Below are positions 1 through 7,710 of a stretch of 64,000 nt of DNA, one piece after another. How positions within the stretch are numbered: position 1 is the stretch's first letter; each line of letters begins with the position of its first letter. A model generated the notes under the pieces. It searched no databases. It saw only the letters and a list, made by a program, of their open reading frames with translations, and was not told the DNA's origin. This DNA is from Candidatus Moraniibacteriota bacterium. GTDB taxonomy: Bacteria > Patescibacteriota > Minisyncoccia > Moranbacterales > UBA2206. The translations under genes were made by a program, and so were the position numbers. The DNA lies in NCBI GenBank assembly GCA_030645735.1, contig JAUSNP010000005.1, positions 72,151 to 136,150 of the forward strand, written 5' to 3'.

Positions 1-128
1 AGATCCCAAACTCCTTGCGTTAGCACAACCTTGTAGCCAGCTTCTTTGAGATTAGTTGCGATTTTTCCGATATCTTCTGTTGGTATAAGTCTGCCACTCC
101 CCAAAATACTTGTTATTTCAATGCTCAT
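1..128 (-). CDS. Partial CDS, N-terminal part of a cytidylyltransferase-like nucleotidyltransferase (gene continues beyond the window start)
   Basis: Reverse-complement translation starts MSIEITSILGSGRLIPTEDIGKIATNLKEAGYKVVLTQGVWDL, resembling the N-terminus of RfaE-domain-II/TagD-type cytidylyltransferases just before the HxGH motif. There is no stop codon inside the window. Confidence 0.45.
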   Translation of the reverse strand, partial: MSIEITSILGSGRLIPTEDIGKIATNLKEAGYKVVLTQGVWD

Positions 129-200
129 AAGGGCTTATAGTTATTATTTTTTTGTATAGCTATATTATCATTTTGATAGGATGTTGGCAATCAGTGAATT

Positions 201-245
201 TTGTGAAAACAAAAGGGCGGACAAGCTGATGCAGCTTGTCCGCCC
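201..245 (-). terminator. Rho-independent terminator downstream of the NUDIX gene
   Basis: Perfect hairpin GGGCGGACAAGCTG...CAGCTTGTCCGCCC (215-245) followed on the minus strand by a T-rich run. Confidence 0.5.
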
Positions 246-260
246 TGTCGGGCTACTTTT

Positions 261-764
261 TTAGCCCAAGGCGTGCTGGAGAGCGGTCTCCAGATCAATG
301 ACTGTTTCGAAGTCGGGTAATTCCCCAATTCGAATCCAGCGATGGTCATCATGCTCCCAGTCGAGCTTTATTGTGGGTTTCTTCCTCAGTTCGACCAGGA
401 CTGGAACCTTGATCCAGGTCTTTCCGGATTTTTTGTCGACGAATTCATAATGCTCGCGAATTTTGATTTCCGCGATTAGTCCTTGTAGCTGTTCTTCAGG
501 GATGCCTATTTCGGCGATGAGTTCCTCAAAGACTTTTTCTTGGATGAGTCCTTCGTTATCCAAGAAGCCAGCACTACCACTCCACTGGCCTTGATAGTTG
601 GACACCTTCTGGCTTCGTCGTAGAATCAAAAACTCATCGCCAACTTTGACGAAGATCAGTACAACTGGTGCACTGTTTGAAGTTGAATAATCGATTCGAC
701 CATCAGGGAATGCTGGTAATGTTTCCCGAAATCCCTTTATGATTTCCGCAATAGATATTCTCAA
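261..764 (-). CDS. NUDIX hydrolase
   Basis: 167 aa with a Nudix-box-like segment (GFLDNEGLIQEKVFEELIAEIGI, pattern Gx5Ex7REUxEExGU). Confidence 0.7.
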   Translation of the reverse strand: MRISIAEIIKGFRETLPAFPDGRIDYSTSNSAPVVLIFVKVGDEFLILRRSQKVSNYQGQWSGSAGFLDNEGLIQEKVFEELIAEIGIPEEQLQGLIAEIKIREHYEFVDKKSGKTWIKVPVLVELRKKPTIKLDWEHDDHRWIRIGELPDFETVIDLETALQHALG

Positions 765-989
765 CGCTTCACCCTCCTGTTTTTTTAGTTGTATAGGAAC
801 TAATGATCTTTTATTTTAGATAAATATAATAGCAAAAAGATTGCTTGAAGTCAAACGGATGGAATGATTGATTTTTAGTGTATTTATGGCATTAAAACCC
901 ACAATATTCAAGTTTTTCAATAAGTTTGGAAGGTTTTACGTCCTTATTTTTATATGGTAATATGGTTATATAAATAAAAGTTTGAAATT

Positions 990-1466
990 ATGATTTCACT
1001 TATAGCCGCCATCGGGAAAAACAATGCAATTGGCCGCAACAATCAGTTGCTTTGGAACATTCCGGAGGACATGAAACATTTCAAGGAAACCACCACTGGT
1101 CACACGGTGATTATGGGCGATCGAACCTATTCCTCAATTGGCAGACCATTGCCGAATCGAAAAAACATCGTGGTGAGTTTGGATGATAATTTTTCAGCGG
1201 AGGGTTGCGAGGTCAGTCATGATCTTTTCAAAACTCTGGACGAATATAAAAATAGTGAAGAAGAAGTTTTCGTGATTGGCGGGGGAATGATTTATAAACT
1301 TTCACTGCCTTTGGTGGATAAATTGTATCTGACAATTGTGGATGACGCGCCAGAAGACGCGGACACATTCTTTCCGGATTATGCTGAATTCAATCAAATT
1401 GTGAAAGAGGAAAATGTTGACAATGGACAGTATAAATTTAAATTTTTGGAATTAACGAGAAAATAA
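990..1466 (+). CDS. folA: Dihydrofolate reductase
   Basis: MISLIAAIGKNNAIGRNNQLLWNIPEDMKHFKETTTGHTVIMGDRTYSSIG is a classic DHFR N-terminus; 158 aa. Confidence 0.9.
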   Translation: MISLIAAIGKNNAIGRNNQLLWNIPEDMKHFKETTTGHTVIMGDRTYSSIGRPLPNRKNIVVSLDDNFSAEGCEVSHDLFKTLDEYKNSEEEVFVIGGGMIYKLSLPLVDKLYLTIVDDAPEDADTFFPDYAEFNQIVKEENVDNGQYKFKFLELTRK

Positions 1467-1468
1467 AA

Positions 1469-2158
1469 ATGAAGAAAGGCAAGTTGATTGTGATTGATGG
1501 AACCGATGGGAGTGGCAAAGCGACGCAGACAAAGTTGTTGGTAGCACATCTGCGAAAAAATAAAGTCAAAGTTAAATCAATTGATTTTCCGAGATACTAT
1601 CATAATTTTTTTGGGAAATTCATCGGAGAGTGTTTAGCAGGCGGACATGGAGATTTTTTGACAGTCAATCCGCGCATAGCCTCAGTGCTTTATGCGGCTG
1701 ATCGATTCGAATCGAGCAAGGATATCAAAAAATGGATTGATGCGGGCTATGTTGTTATTGCCGATCGTTATACTAGTTCCAATCAAATCCATCAGGGCGG
1801 AAAAATAAAAGATGAAAAAGAACGAATAGAATTTCTGGCATGGTTGGAAAAAATGGAATTTGAAGTTTTTGGAATTTCCAAACCTGACGCAATTGTCTAT
1901 TTGGATGTGCCGATTGAAGTTTCGCAAGAGCTTCTGAAAGAAAAAGGCAATAGTCACAAAAAAAGATATTTGAAAGGTAGAAAAGATGCAGCTGAAAATG
2001 ATTTGAAACACTTGCGAAATGCCAAGGATAACGCAATCAAGCTGATACGAAAAAATAATAATTGGAAGAGAATAAATTGTATTAAAAATAAAAAATTGAT
2101 GTCGATAGAAGAGGTCGGGGAAATTGTTTGGAATAAAATAGAAAAGATAATAAAATGA
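1469..2158 (+). CDS. tmk: Thymidylate (dTMP) kinase
   Basis: P-loop IVIDGTDGSGKATQ; 229 aa; lies between folA and dut. Confidence 0.9.
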   Translation: MKKGKLIVIDGTDGSGKATQTKLLVAHLRKNKVKVKSIDFPRYYHNFFGKFIGECLAGGHGDFLTVNPRIASVLYAADRFESSKDIKKWIDAGYVVIADRYTSSNQIHQGGKIKDEKERIEFLAWLEKMEFEVFGISKPDAIVYLDVPIEVSQELLKEKGNSHKKRYLKGRKDAAENDLKHLRNAKDNAIKLIRKNNNWKRINCIKNKKLMSIEEVGEIVWNKIEKIIK

Positions 2159-2577
2159 CAATACAAATTAAGAAATTAGAAGTTGATGCTAGACTTCCTC
2201 AATATGCGCTTGCTGGCGATGCTGGCATGGATATTTTTTCTTTGGAAAATTTAGAATTGCACCCGATGGAAAGGATAACTTGTAGAACTGGAATTGCTAT
2301 GCAAATCCCAAATGGATATGTGGGCTTGATTTGGGATAAGAGTGGAATTGCCGTTAATGGTGGAATAAAAGTTTTAGGTGGCGTTATTGATAGTGGATAT
2401 CGTGGCGAAGTTAAAGTGGGTTTGATAAATTTATCACAAGAGATATATAACATAAAAAAGGGAGATAAAATTGCGCAAATGCTTATTCAGAAAGTAGAAA
2501 ATTCAGACATAATTGAAGTGGTTGAATTAGATGAGACTGAGCGAGGTGCTAGTGGATTTGGGAGCACTGGAATTTAA
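2155..2577 (+). CDS. dut: dUTP diphosphatase
   Basis: 140 aa with AGDAGMDIF, GLIWDKSGIA and GYRGEV dUTPase motifs; start overlaps the tmk stop by 4 nt. Confidence 0.9.
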   Translation: MTIQIKKLEVDARLPQYALAGDAGMDIFSLENLELHPMERITCRTGIAMQIPNGYVGLIWDKSGIAVNGGIKVLGGVIDSGYRGEVKVGLINLSQEIYNIKKGDKIAQMLIQKVENSDIIEVVELDETERGASGFGSTGI

Positions 2578-2614
2578 AAAGTAATTTTATTGTAAATCAT
2601 AAAAATTAGATATT

Positions 2615-4105
2615 ATGACAAAATATATTCCAGTCATCGGCATGGAAATCCATGTTGAATTGAAGACAAAATCAAAAATGTTTTGCAGTTGCAAGAACGG
2701 CTTGGGCATGGAGACTGAACCGAACGTGAACATTTGCCCAGTGTGTACCGCGCAACCCGGAACATTGCCGGTGGCCAATGAAGAGGCTATCAAATTTGTG
2801 CAGATGGCTGGCTTGGCCTTGAATTGCCAGATTGCAGAAATTTCCAAATTTGATCGCAAGAACTATTTCTATCCAGACATTCCCAAGGGCTATCAGATCT
2901 CACAATATGATCAGCCTTTGTGTGGCTTGGGTCACATAGATATAATAACCAATGACCAAGAAACAATAACCAAAAAAATAGGAATTACACGCATTCACAT
3001 GGAAGAAGACACGGGCAAATTGGTGCATCCAAAAGGCGCCGATCATTCTTTGATTGATTTCAATCGGGCGGGGGTGCCTTTGATGGAGTTGGTGACTGAG
3101 CCGGATATTGAGACGGGTAAAGAAGCAAGATTGTTCTGCCAGAAGTTGCAGCAGATTTTTCGTTATTTGGAAATTTCTGAGGCTGACATGGAAAAAGGTC
3201 ATATGCGTTGCGAGGTGAACATTTCTTTGCACAAAGAAGGTGAAGAAAAATTGAGCGGCACCAAAGCGGAAATCAAGAATCTAAATTCTTTTCGCGTGGT
3301 GGAGCGTGCTGTTGATTATGAAATCAAGCGTCAGACTGAAATTTTGGAAAAAGGTGAAAAGGTCGTGCAGGAAACTATGGGTTGGGATGAAGCACGAGGC
3401 ATCACTGTGTCACAACGCAAGAAGGAATCAGCACATGACTATCGCTATTTCCCAGAGCCGGACATCCCGCCAATGCGATTTGCAACTGATTATGTAGAAA
3501 ATTTGCGCCGTCACTTGCCAGAACTGCCAGACGCCAAAGCGAAAAGATTTGTGGAAGAATATGGTTTGTCACGGGAAAATGTAGAGGTGATCGTGAGTGA
3601 CAAAAGTCTGGCCGAATATTTTGAGCAGGTTGTTTCTGAAATTGATGAAAAGATGCAATGCCAAGAGGTGATAGCTGACAAGGAAAAATGCACCAAGCTG
3701 GCAGCTAACTATATGGTTAGTGAATTGCAAAAGCATTTGGTGAAAAATGGTGAAACAATCGCGGATGTCAAAATCAGCGCAGAAAATTATGCAGAACTTA
3801 TTGGATTTGTGGCAGATGGAAAAATCAATTCCAGCGCGGCGCAAACTGTTTTGGAAGAGATGTATGCGACAGGTGGCGATCCATCACAAATCATTGAAGC
3901 CAAAGGTTTGTTGCAGGTTAGTGACGAAGGAGTTTTGGAAACAGTGGTGGATGAGGTTTTGGCCAAGAACCAAAAATCAGTGGAGGATTTCAAGGCCGGC
4001 AAACAAAACGCTTTGCAGTTTTTGATGGGCCAAGTGATGGCGGCTTCAAAGGGCAAGGCTAATCCAGCGATGGTGATTGAAATGTTGAAGAAAAAATTAG
4101 GCTAG
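2615..4105 (+). CDS. gatB: Asp/Glu-tRNA amidotransferase subunit B
   Basis: MTKYIPVIGMEIHVELKTKSKMFCSC...NVNICPVCTAQPGTLP N-terminus and a C-terminal GatB/YqeY-type domain; 496 aa. Confidence 0.9.
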   Translation: MTKYIPVIGMEIHVELKTKSKMFCSCKNGLGMETEPNVNICPVCTAQPGTLPVANEEAIKFVQMAGLALNCQIAEISKFDRKNYFYPDIPKGYQISQYDQPLCGLGHIDIITNDQETITKKIGITRIHMEEDTGKLVHPKGADHSLIDFNRAGVPLMELVTEPDIETGKEARLFCQKLQQIFRYLEISEADMEKGHMRCEVNISLHKEGEEKLSGTKAEIKNLNSFRVVERAVDYEIKRQTEILEKGEKVVQETMGWDEARGITVSQRKKESAHDYRYFPEPDIPPMRFATDYVENLRRHLPELPDAKAKRFVEEYGLSRENVEVIVSDKSLAEYFEQVVSEIDEKMQCQEVIADKEKCTKLAANYMVSELQKHLVKNGETIADVKISAENYAELIGFVADGKINSSAAQTVLEEMYATGGDPSQIIEAKGLLQVSDEGVLETVVDEVLAKNQKSVEDFKAGKQNALQFLMGQVMAASKGKANPAMVIEMLKKKLG

Positions 4106-4131
4106 TAAAATTAATTACTAATTTAAAAAAT

Positions 4132-4431
4132 ATGGTTAATATGTTAGAAAGAACTGTTGTTCCAGATAATAAGCTTAAAAAAGCACCAGAAAAACCAAAA
4201 GGACTGGAAGCTGTTTCAGATAAATTAGCTAAATATGTTGGCGGTGGCGGATTTTCTTTTACGCCTGAGGAAATAAGGGCTAGACTTGAGGCGGGCAAGC
4301 CAGTTAATGCTGATGAAATAGCTGAGCGTATTACAAATGAAATTCAAGAAAGAAATAGACGAGAAGCGATAAGAAGCCTGCGTGAAACTCTGGGTAAATT
4401 GCCAGACAGCACACTTGATAAAACAAATTAG
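4132..4431 (+). CDS. Hypothetical protein
   Basis: 99-aa ORF with coding-like composition; no recognisable motif. Confidence 0.35.
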   Translation: MVNMLERTVVPDNKLKKAPEKPKGLEAVSDKLAKYVGGGGFSFTPEEIRARLEAGKPVNADEIAERITNEIQERNRREAIRSLRETLGKLPDSTLDKTN

Positions 4432-4587
4432 ATTTACTTTATTGCCAATTTTTTGAAATAGGTGTATATTAGATATAATATGAAAAATTTTGAACTCAAA
4501 AAAGAAGAATTCAAAATAAGTGATTTGAAGAATCGCCCGTAGGGGTGATTTTTTTTGGCTCTTTAACTCAACTAGTGAGGTGGACAT

Positions 4588-4815
4588 ATGGCCAGCGTGG
4601 AATTACCAAAATTTTTGGCACAATGTAATTGCGGTAGGGTTTTAATGAGGGACGCTCCTCGTTATGACGATCCATACTGGACATTGCATCCAGTGGATAT
4701 TGCCCCTACTGATTTGTTGGCAGAAAATTGTCCTGTTTGTGGCGGAGACGAGAGGAGGCCAATGGGCAATTATTACTACAAGAGATCGGGAGTGCATCAG
4801 CAGGCAATGGCATGA
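4588..4815 (+). CDS. Small zinc-ribbon protein (CxC...CPVCGG)
   Basis: 75 aa with Cys pairs CNCG and CPVCGG; SD-like GAGGTGG 6 nt upstream; preceded by a leader ORF and hairpin (see findings). Confidence 0.5.
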   Translation: MASVELPKFLAQCNCGRVLMRDAPRYDDPYWTLHPVDIAPTDLLAENCPVCGGDERRPMGNYYYKRSGVHQQAMA

Positions 4816-4871
4816 TTGTTTTGAGCAACGCTCAGCAATCAAAAAGGGATCGAGATTTTCTCGGTCCCTGA

Positions 4872-5795
4872 TTATTTTATAAACTTTGTCACTGCTTTTT
4901 GTATATCAGAATATTTGGTCAGCCAGAGAATTTTTTTGTCTTTTTGAAACCAAGTCATTTGGCGCTTGGCATAATCTTTTTCGGCCAGATAGACGCGTTC
5001 ATATAATTCTTCCAGAGTTATTTCTTCTCGCAGATATTTAGGAATCCAAAAATATCCCAAGCCAAAGCTTTGAATTTTTTTCCAACTCAATCCAACTTTG
5101 TGCAATTTTTGCACCTCTTCAAGCATGCCATCTTTCCATCTTTGATCAAGACGTTTTTTGATTTTGGCGTGCAGTTTTTCTTTGCCAGGGTTGATGCCGA
5201 TTTTCAAGGACGCATAACGTGGAACGTGGAGCGTGGAACGATTGTCTGGAACTCGGCCAACGGCTTGGCAGATTTCGATGGCACGAATGAGGCGCACTTT
5301 GTTTTTGGCATCGATGTTTTCAGCACGGCGAGTATCTAGTTTTTTGAGTTTGGTGAATAATTCTTCAGTCGATTTTGTTTCTAAATCTTTGCGTAGCTCC
5401 CAGTTTGGCGCAACCTCTGGATAAACAATATTATCAACCACTGCATCAATCCAAAAGCCAGTGCCACCGCACAAGATGGGCAGCTTTCCGCGTTTCAAAA
5501 TGTCTGCAATAGCCTTGTCAGCTTTCTTCTTGAACTGTGCCACGCTGAAATTGGTTCTCGGACTAACAACATCGATCATGTGATGATCTATGCCTTCTGA
5601 TAAAAACGTTCCACGTTCCACGTTCCACGTTCCAGGAATTTTTCCCGTGCCCACATCCATGCCGCGATAAATCTGGCGTGAATCTACTGAGACCACCTCA
5701 CCGTCAAATTTTTTGGCAAGCTCAATAGCCACCGCTGATTTGCCGGCTGAGGTTGGGCCTAATATTACGATAACTTTATTTAATTTATCTTTCAT
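4872..5795 (-). CDS. miaA: tRNA dimethylallyltransferase
   Basis: P-loop GPTSAGKSAVAIELAKKF...VSVDSRQIYRGMDVGTGK; 307 aa; adjacent to miaB. Confidence 0.9.
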   Translation of the reverse strand: MKDKLNKVIVILGPTSAGKSAVAIELAKKFDGEVVSVDSRQIYRGMDVGTGKIPGTWNVERGTFLSEGIDHHMIDVVSPRTNFSVAQFKKKADKAIADILKRGKLPILCGGTGFWIDAVVDNIVYPEVAPNWELRKDLETKSTEELFTKLKKLDTRRAENIDAKNKVRLIRAIEICQAVGRVPDNRSTLHVPRYASLKIGINPGKEKLHAKIKKRLDQRWKDGMLEEVQKLHKVGLSWKKIQSFGLGYFWIPKYLREEITLEELYERVYLAEKDYAKRQMTWFQKDKKILWLTKYSDIQKAVTKFIK

Positions 5796-5803
5796 ATACC
5801 CTT

Positions 5804-5904
5804 TGTCATTCCGGCCTTGACCCGGAATCTACTTACCGTAATTGCGAATTTAAATTTATCTCATGAATTATTGAGAAGGTCCCGGGTCAAGCCCGGGATG
5901 ACAG
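5804..5904. repeat. Miniature inverted-repeat element (TGTCATTSC-TIR family), copy 1, in the miaA-miaB spacer
   Basis: Left arm tgtcattccggccttgacccggaatc and right arm ggtcccgggtcaagcccgggatgaca are mutual reverse complements (one mismatch), and each arm is itself a hairpin. The same termini recur at 22708, 34004 (half copy) and 56685. Confidence 0.55.
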
Positions 5905-5911
5905 ATATTTT

Positions 5912-7279
5912 TTAAATTACTTTACCTTCGAGATTCCATATTTTGATGCTAGTTATTTTCACTTTCACAAACTGGCCAACTAAATTATCTTTATTGGATG
6001 AAATCTTAATATTTTTTCCAGTTCTAGTCTTGCCAAAATAAATTATTAGTTTTGATTCGTTGTTGATTTGTTTGTCATTCGCGAGTTGCTTTTTTTCAAT
6101 TAAAACTTCTTGCACGGTGTTGAGATATTTTTTGTTGTTGGCGAAAGTGGTCTTTTTCAAAATTTCATTCAGGAAGGCTTCACGTTTTTCTTTTTCAGCA
6201 TCTGAAACATTGTCTTTCATAGTCCAAGCTACGGTGCCAGGGCGGGGTGAATATTGGCCAAAGAACACCATGTCGAATTTGGCTTTTTCCATAATCTCAG
6301 CCGAGCACAAAAATTGTTTTTTGGTTTCGCCAGGGAAACCAACAATGATGTCAGAGGTCAAGGCAAAAGGCACGCCAGGTTTGTATTTTTTGAAAGCAGC
6401 TTTGATTTTGCGTACCAAATTCATATAATGTTTGGCAGTGTATTTGCGATTCATTTTTTGGATGACTTCATCTGAGCCAGACTGAACAGGCAGATGCACA
6501 GCTTCGCAAACTTTTTTGGATCTGGCAACAACTTCAATCAATTCATCCGACATATCCTTTGGGTGGGAAGACACAAATTGAATCCAAAACTTCCCTGGAA
6601 TCGCATCAATCTTTTTTAGCAACTGAGCAAAATTAATTTCTTGCGCTCCACGTTTTGCGTTCCACGTTCCACGATATGAATTTACATTCTGACCAAGCAG
6701 AGTGATAGATCTATAGCCAAGTTTAATCAGGCTTTTTATTTCATCAATTATTTCTTCGGCTGGTCGGGAAGTTTCGCGACCGCGAGCATAGGGGACGACG
6801 CAGTAGGAGCAGAAGTTGTTGCAGCCAGTCATGATGGGAACCTGCGCAGAGAATCTGGTTGTGTATTTTGGTTGTATTTTTAGATATTGATTCAAGCCAT
6901 CGTCAAAAGTAGTTTGTAGTTTGTAGTTTGTAGTTGGTAGAATTTTTTCAATTTCGCTTGGAAAGTTTTTGATTTCACAAAACAAATCAACATTGCCCTT
7001 GAGTCGTCTTTGCACGTCTTTGCGATTGGCAATACAGCCTGTCAGCACGATTAGCGGTCTACATTCCACGTTTTGTATTCCATGTTTCCTGAGGTTGTGA
7101 ATCAGGCTGTAGGCTCGGTTTTCAGCCGCCTGACGTACTCCACAAGTGTTGAAAATGACCAAGGAGGCCTCTGTCATGTCGGAAGCCGTCTGATAGCCCT
7201 TCTCGTCCAAAAAGCCCGCAATTCGCTCAGAATCCGAGATATTCATTTGACAGCCGAAGGTTTTAATGTAATATTTCAT
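5912..7279 (-). CDS. miaB: tRNA-i6A37 methylthiotransferase (radical SAM MTTase)
   Basis: MKYYIKTFGCQMNISDSE N-terminus, radical-SAM CNNFCSYC motif and a TRAM C-terminus; 455 aa. Confidence 0.9.
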   Translation of the reverse strand: MKYYIKTFGCQMNISDSERIAGFLDEKGYQTASDMTEASLVIFNTCGVRQAAENRAYSLIHNLRKHGIQNVECRPLIVLTGCIANRKDVQRRLKGNVDLFCEIKNFPSEIEKILPTTNYKLQTTFDDGLNQYLKIQPKYTTRFSAQVPIMTGCNNFCSYCVVPYARGRETSRPAEEIIDEIKSLIKLGYRSITLLGQNVNSYRGTWNAKRGAQEINFAQLLKKIDAIPGKFWIQFVSSHPKDMSDELIEVVARSKKVCEAVHLPVQSGSDEVIQKMNRKYTAKHYMNLVRKIKAAFKKYKPGVPFALTSDIIVGFPGETKKQFLCSAEIMEKAKFDMVFFGQYSPRPGTVAWTMKDNVSDAEKEKREAFLNEILKKTTFANNKKYLNTVQEVLIEKKQLANDKQINNESKLIIYFGKTRTGKNIKISSNKDNLVGQFVKVKITSIKIWNLEGKVI

Positions 7280-7350
7280 TGGTAGTTCTTAGAAGCTAGG
7301 TATTTATTAGAATACCTTAAGATAACTATGAAATCAAGGAGGAATGCAGA

Positions 7351-7644
7351 GTGAGAGCTATTAGGAGAACCATTCTGGCGAGTATCATGTGGCAGAGTGA
7401 CAACGGGAAAGATGTTGCTAGCATGTCGCCGTTCGAAAAAGCTCGCATACTGGCATTGAATTCAAAAAATGTCGGAGCATGCAATTCGGCTATTTGGTGG
7501 CTCATGAAAAAGGGCTATGTGAGTAAGGAATTTTCGATTACGGCAAAGGGCAGGGCAAAGAGGCATGAGATAGGCTTCAAAATGGGAAGGGAATTATCTC
7601 TAAAAAGCGAGAGGCAATCTCATATCCTGTCTCGTCCACGATGA
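7351..7644 (+). CDS. Hypothetical protein (possible winged-helix); GTG start
   Basis: Strong SD AAGGAGGAATGCAGA immediately before GTG; GC content above neighbouring genes; 97 aa. Confidence 0.45.
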   Translation: MRAIRRTILASIMWQSDNGKDVASMSPFEKARILALNSKNVGACNSAIWWLMKKGYVSKEFSITAKGRAKRHEIGFKMGRELSLKSERQSHILSRPR

Positions 7645-7669
7645 ATTTTTATGAAGTATTGTTTTGAAA

Positions 7670-7706
7670 GGGCCAGCGGAAAACCGCCGGCCCTTGATTC
7701 TTTTTT
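7670..7706. terminator. Bidirectional intrinsic terminator between the 7351 ORF and thrS
   Basis: GGGCCAGCGG-aaaa-CCGCCGGCCC hairpin followed by TTTTTT. Confidence 0.5.
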
Positions 7707-7710
7707 AAAT

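Noticed and set aside
1682-2166. Antisense ORFs inside tmk (159, 87 and 70 aa). Analogous antisense ORFs occur inside gatB, dnaE, smc, the malic enzyme gene, ftsA and others.
   Set aside because: They lie entirely within strongly supported genes on the opposite strand, have low-complexity Phe/Ile/Leu-rich translations typical of AT-rich antisense frames, and show no homology signal.
5607-5634. TTCCAC repeats as DnaA boxes or an origin
   Set aside because: The heptad lacks the CACA core of the DnaA box, no dnaA or dnaN gene is nearby, and the sites are inside coding sequence.
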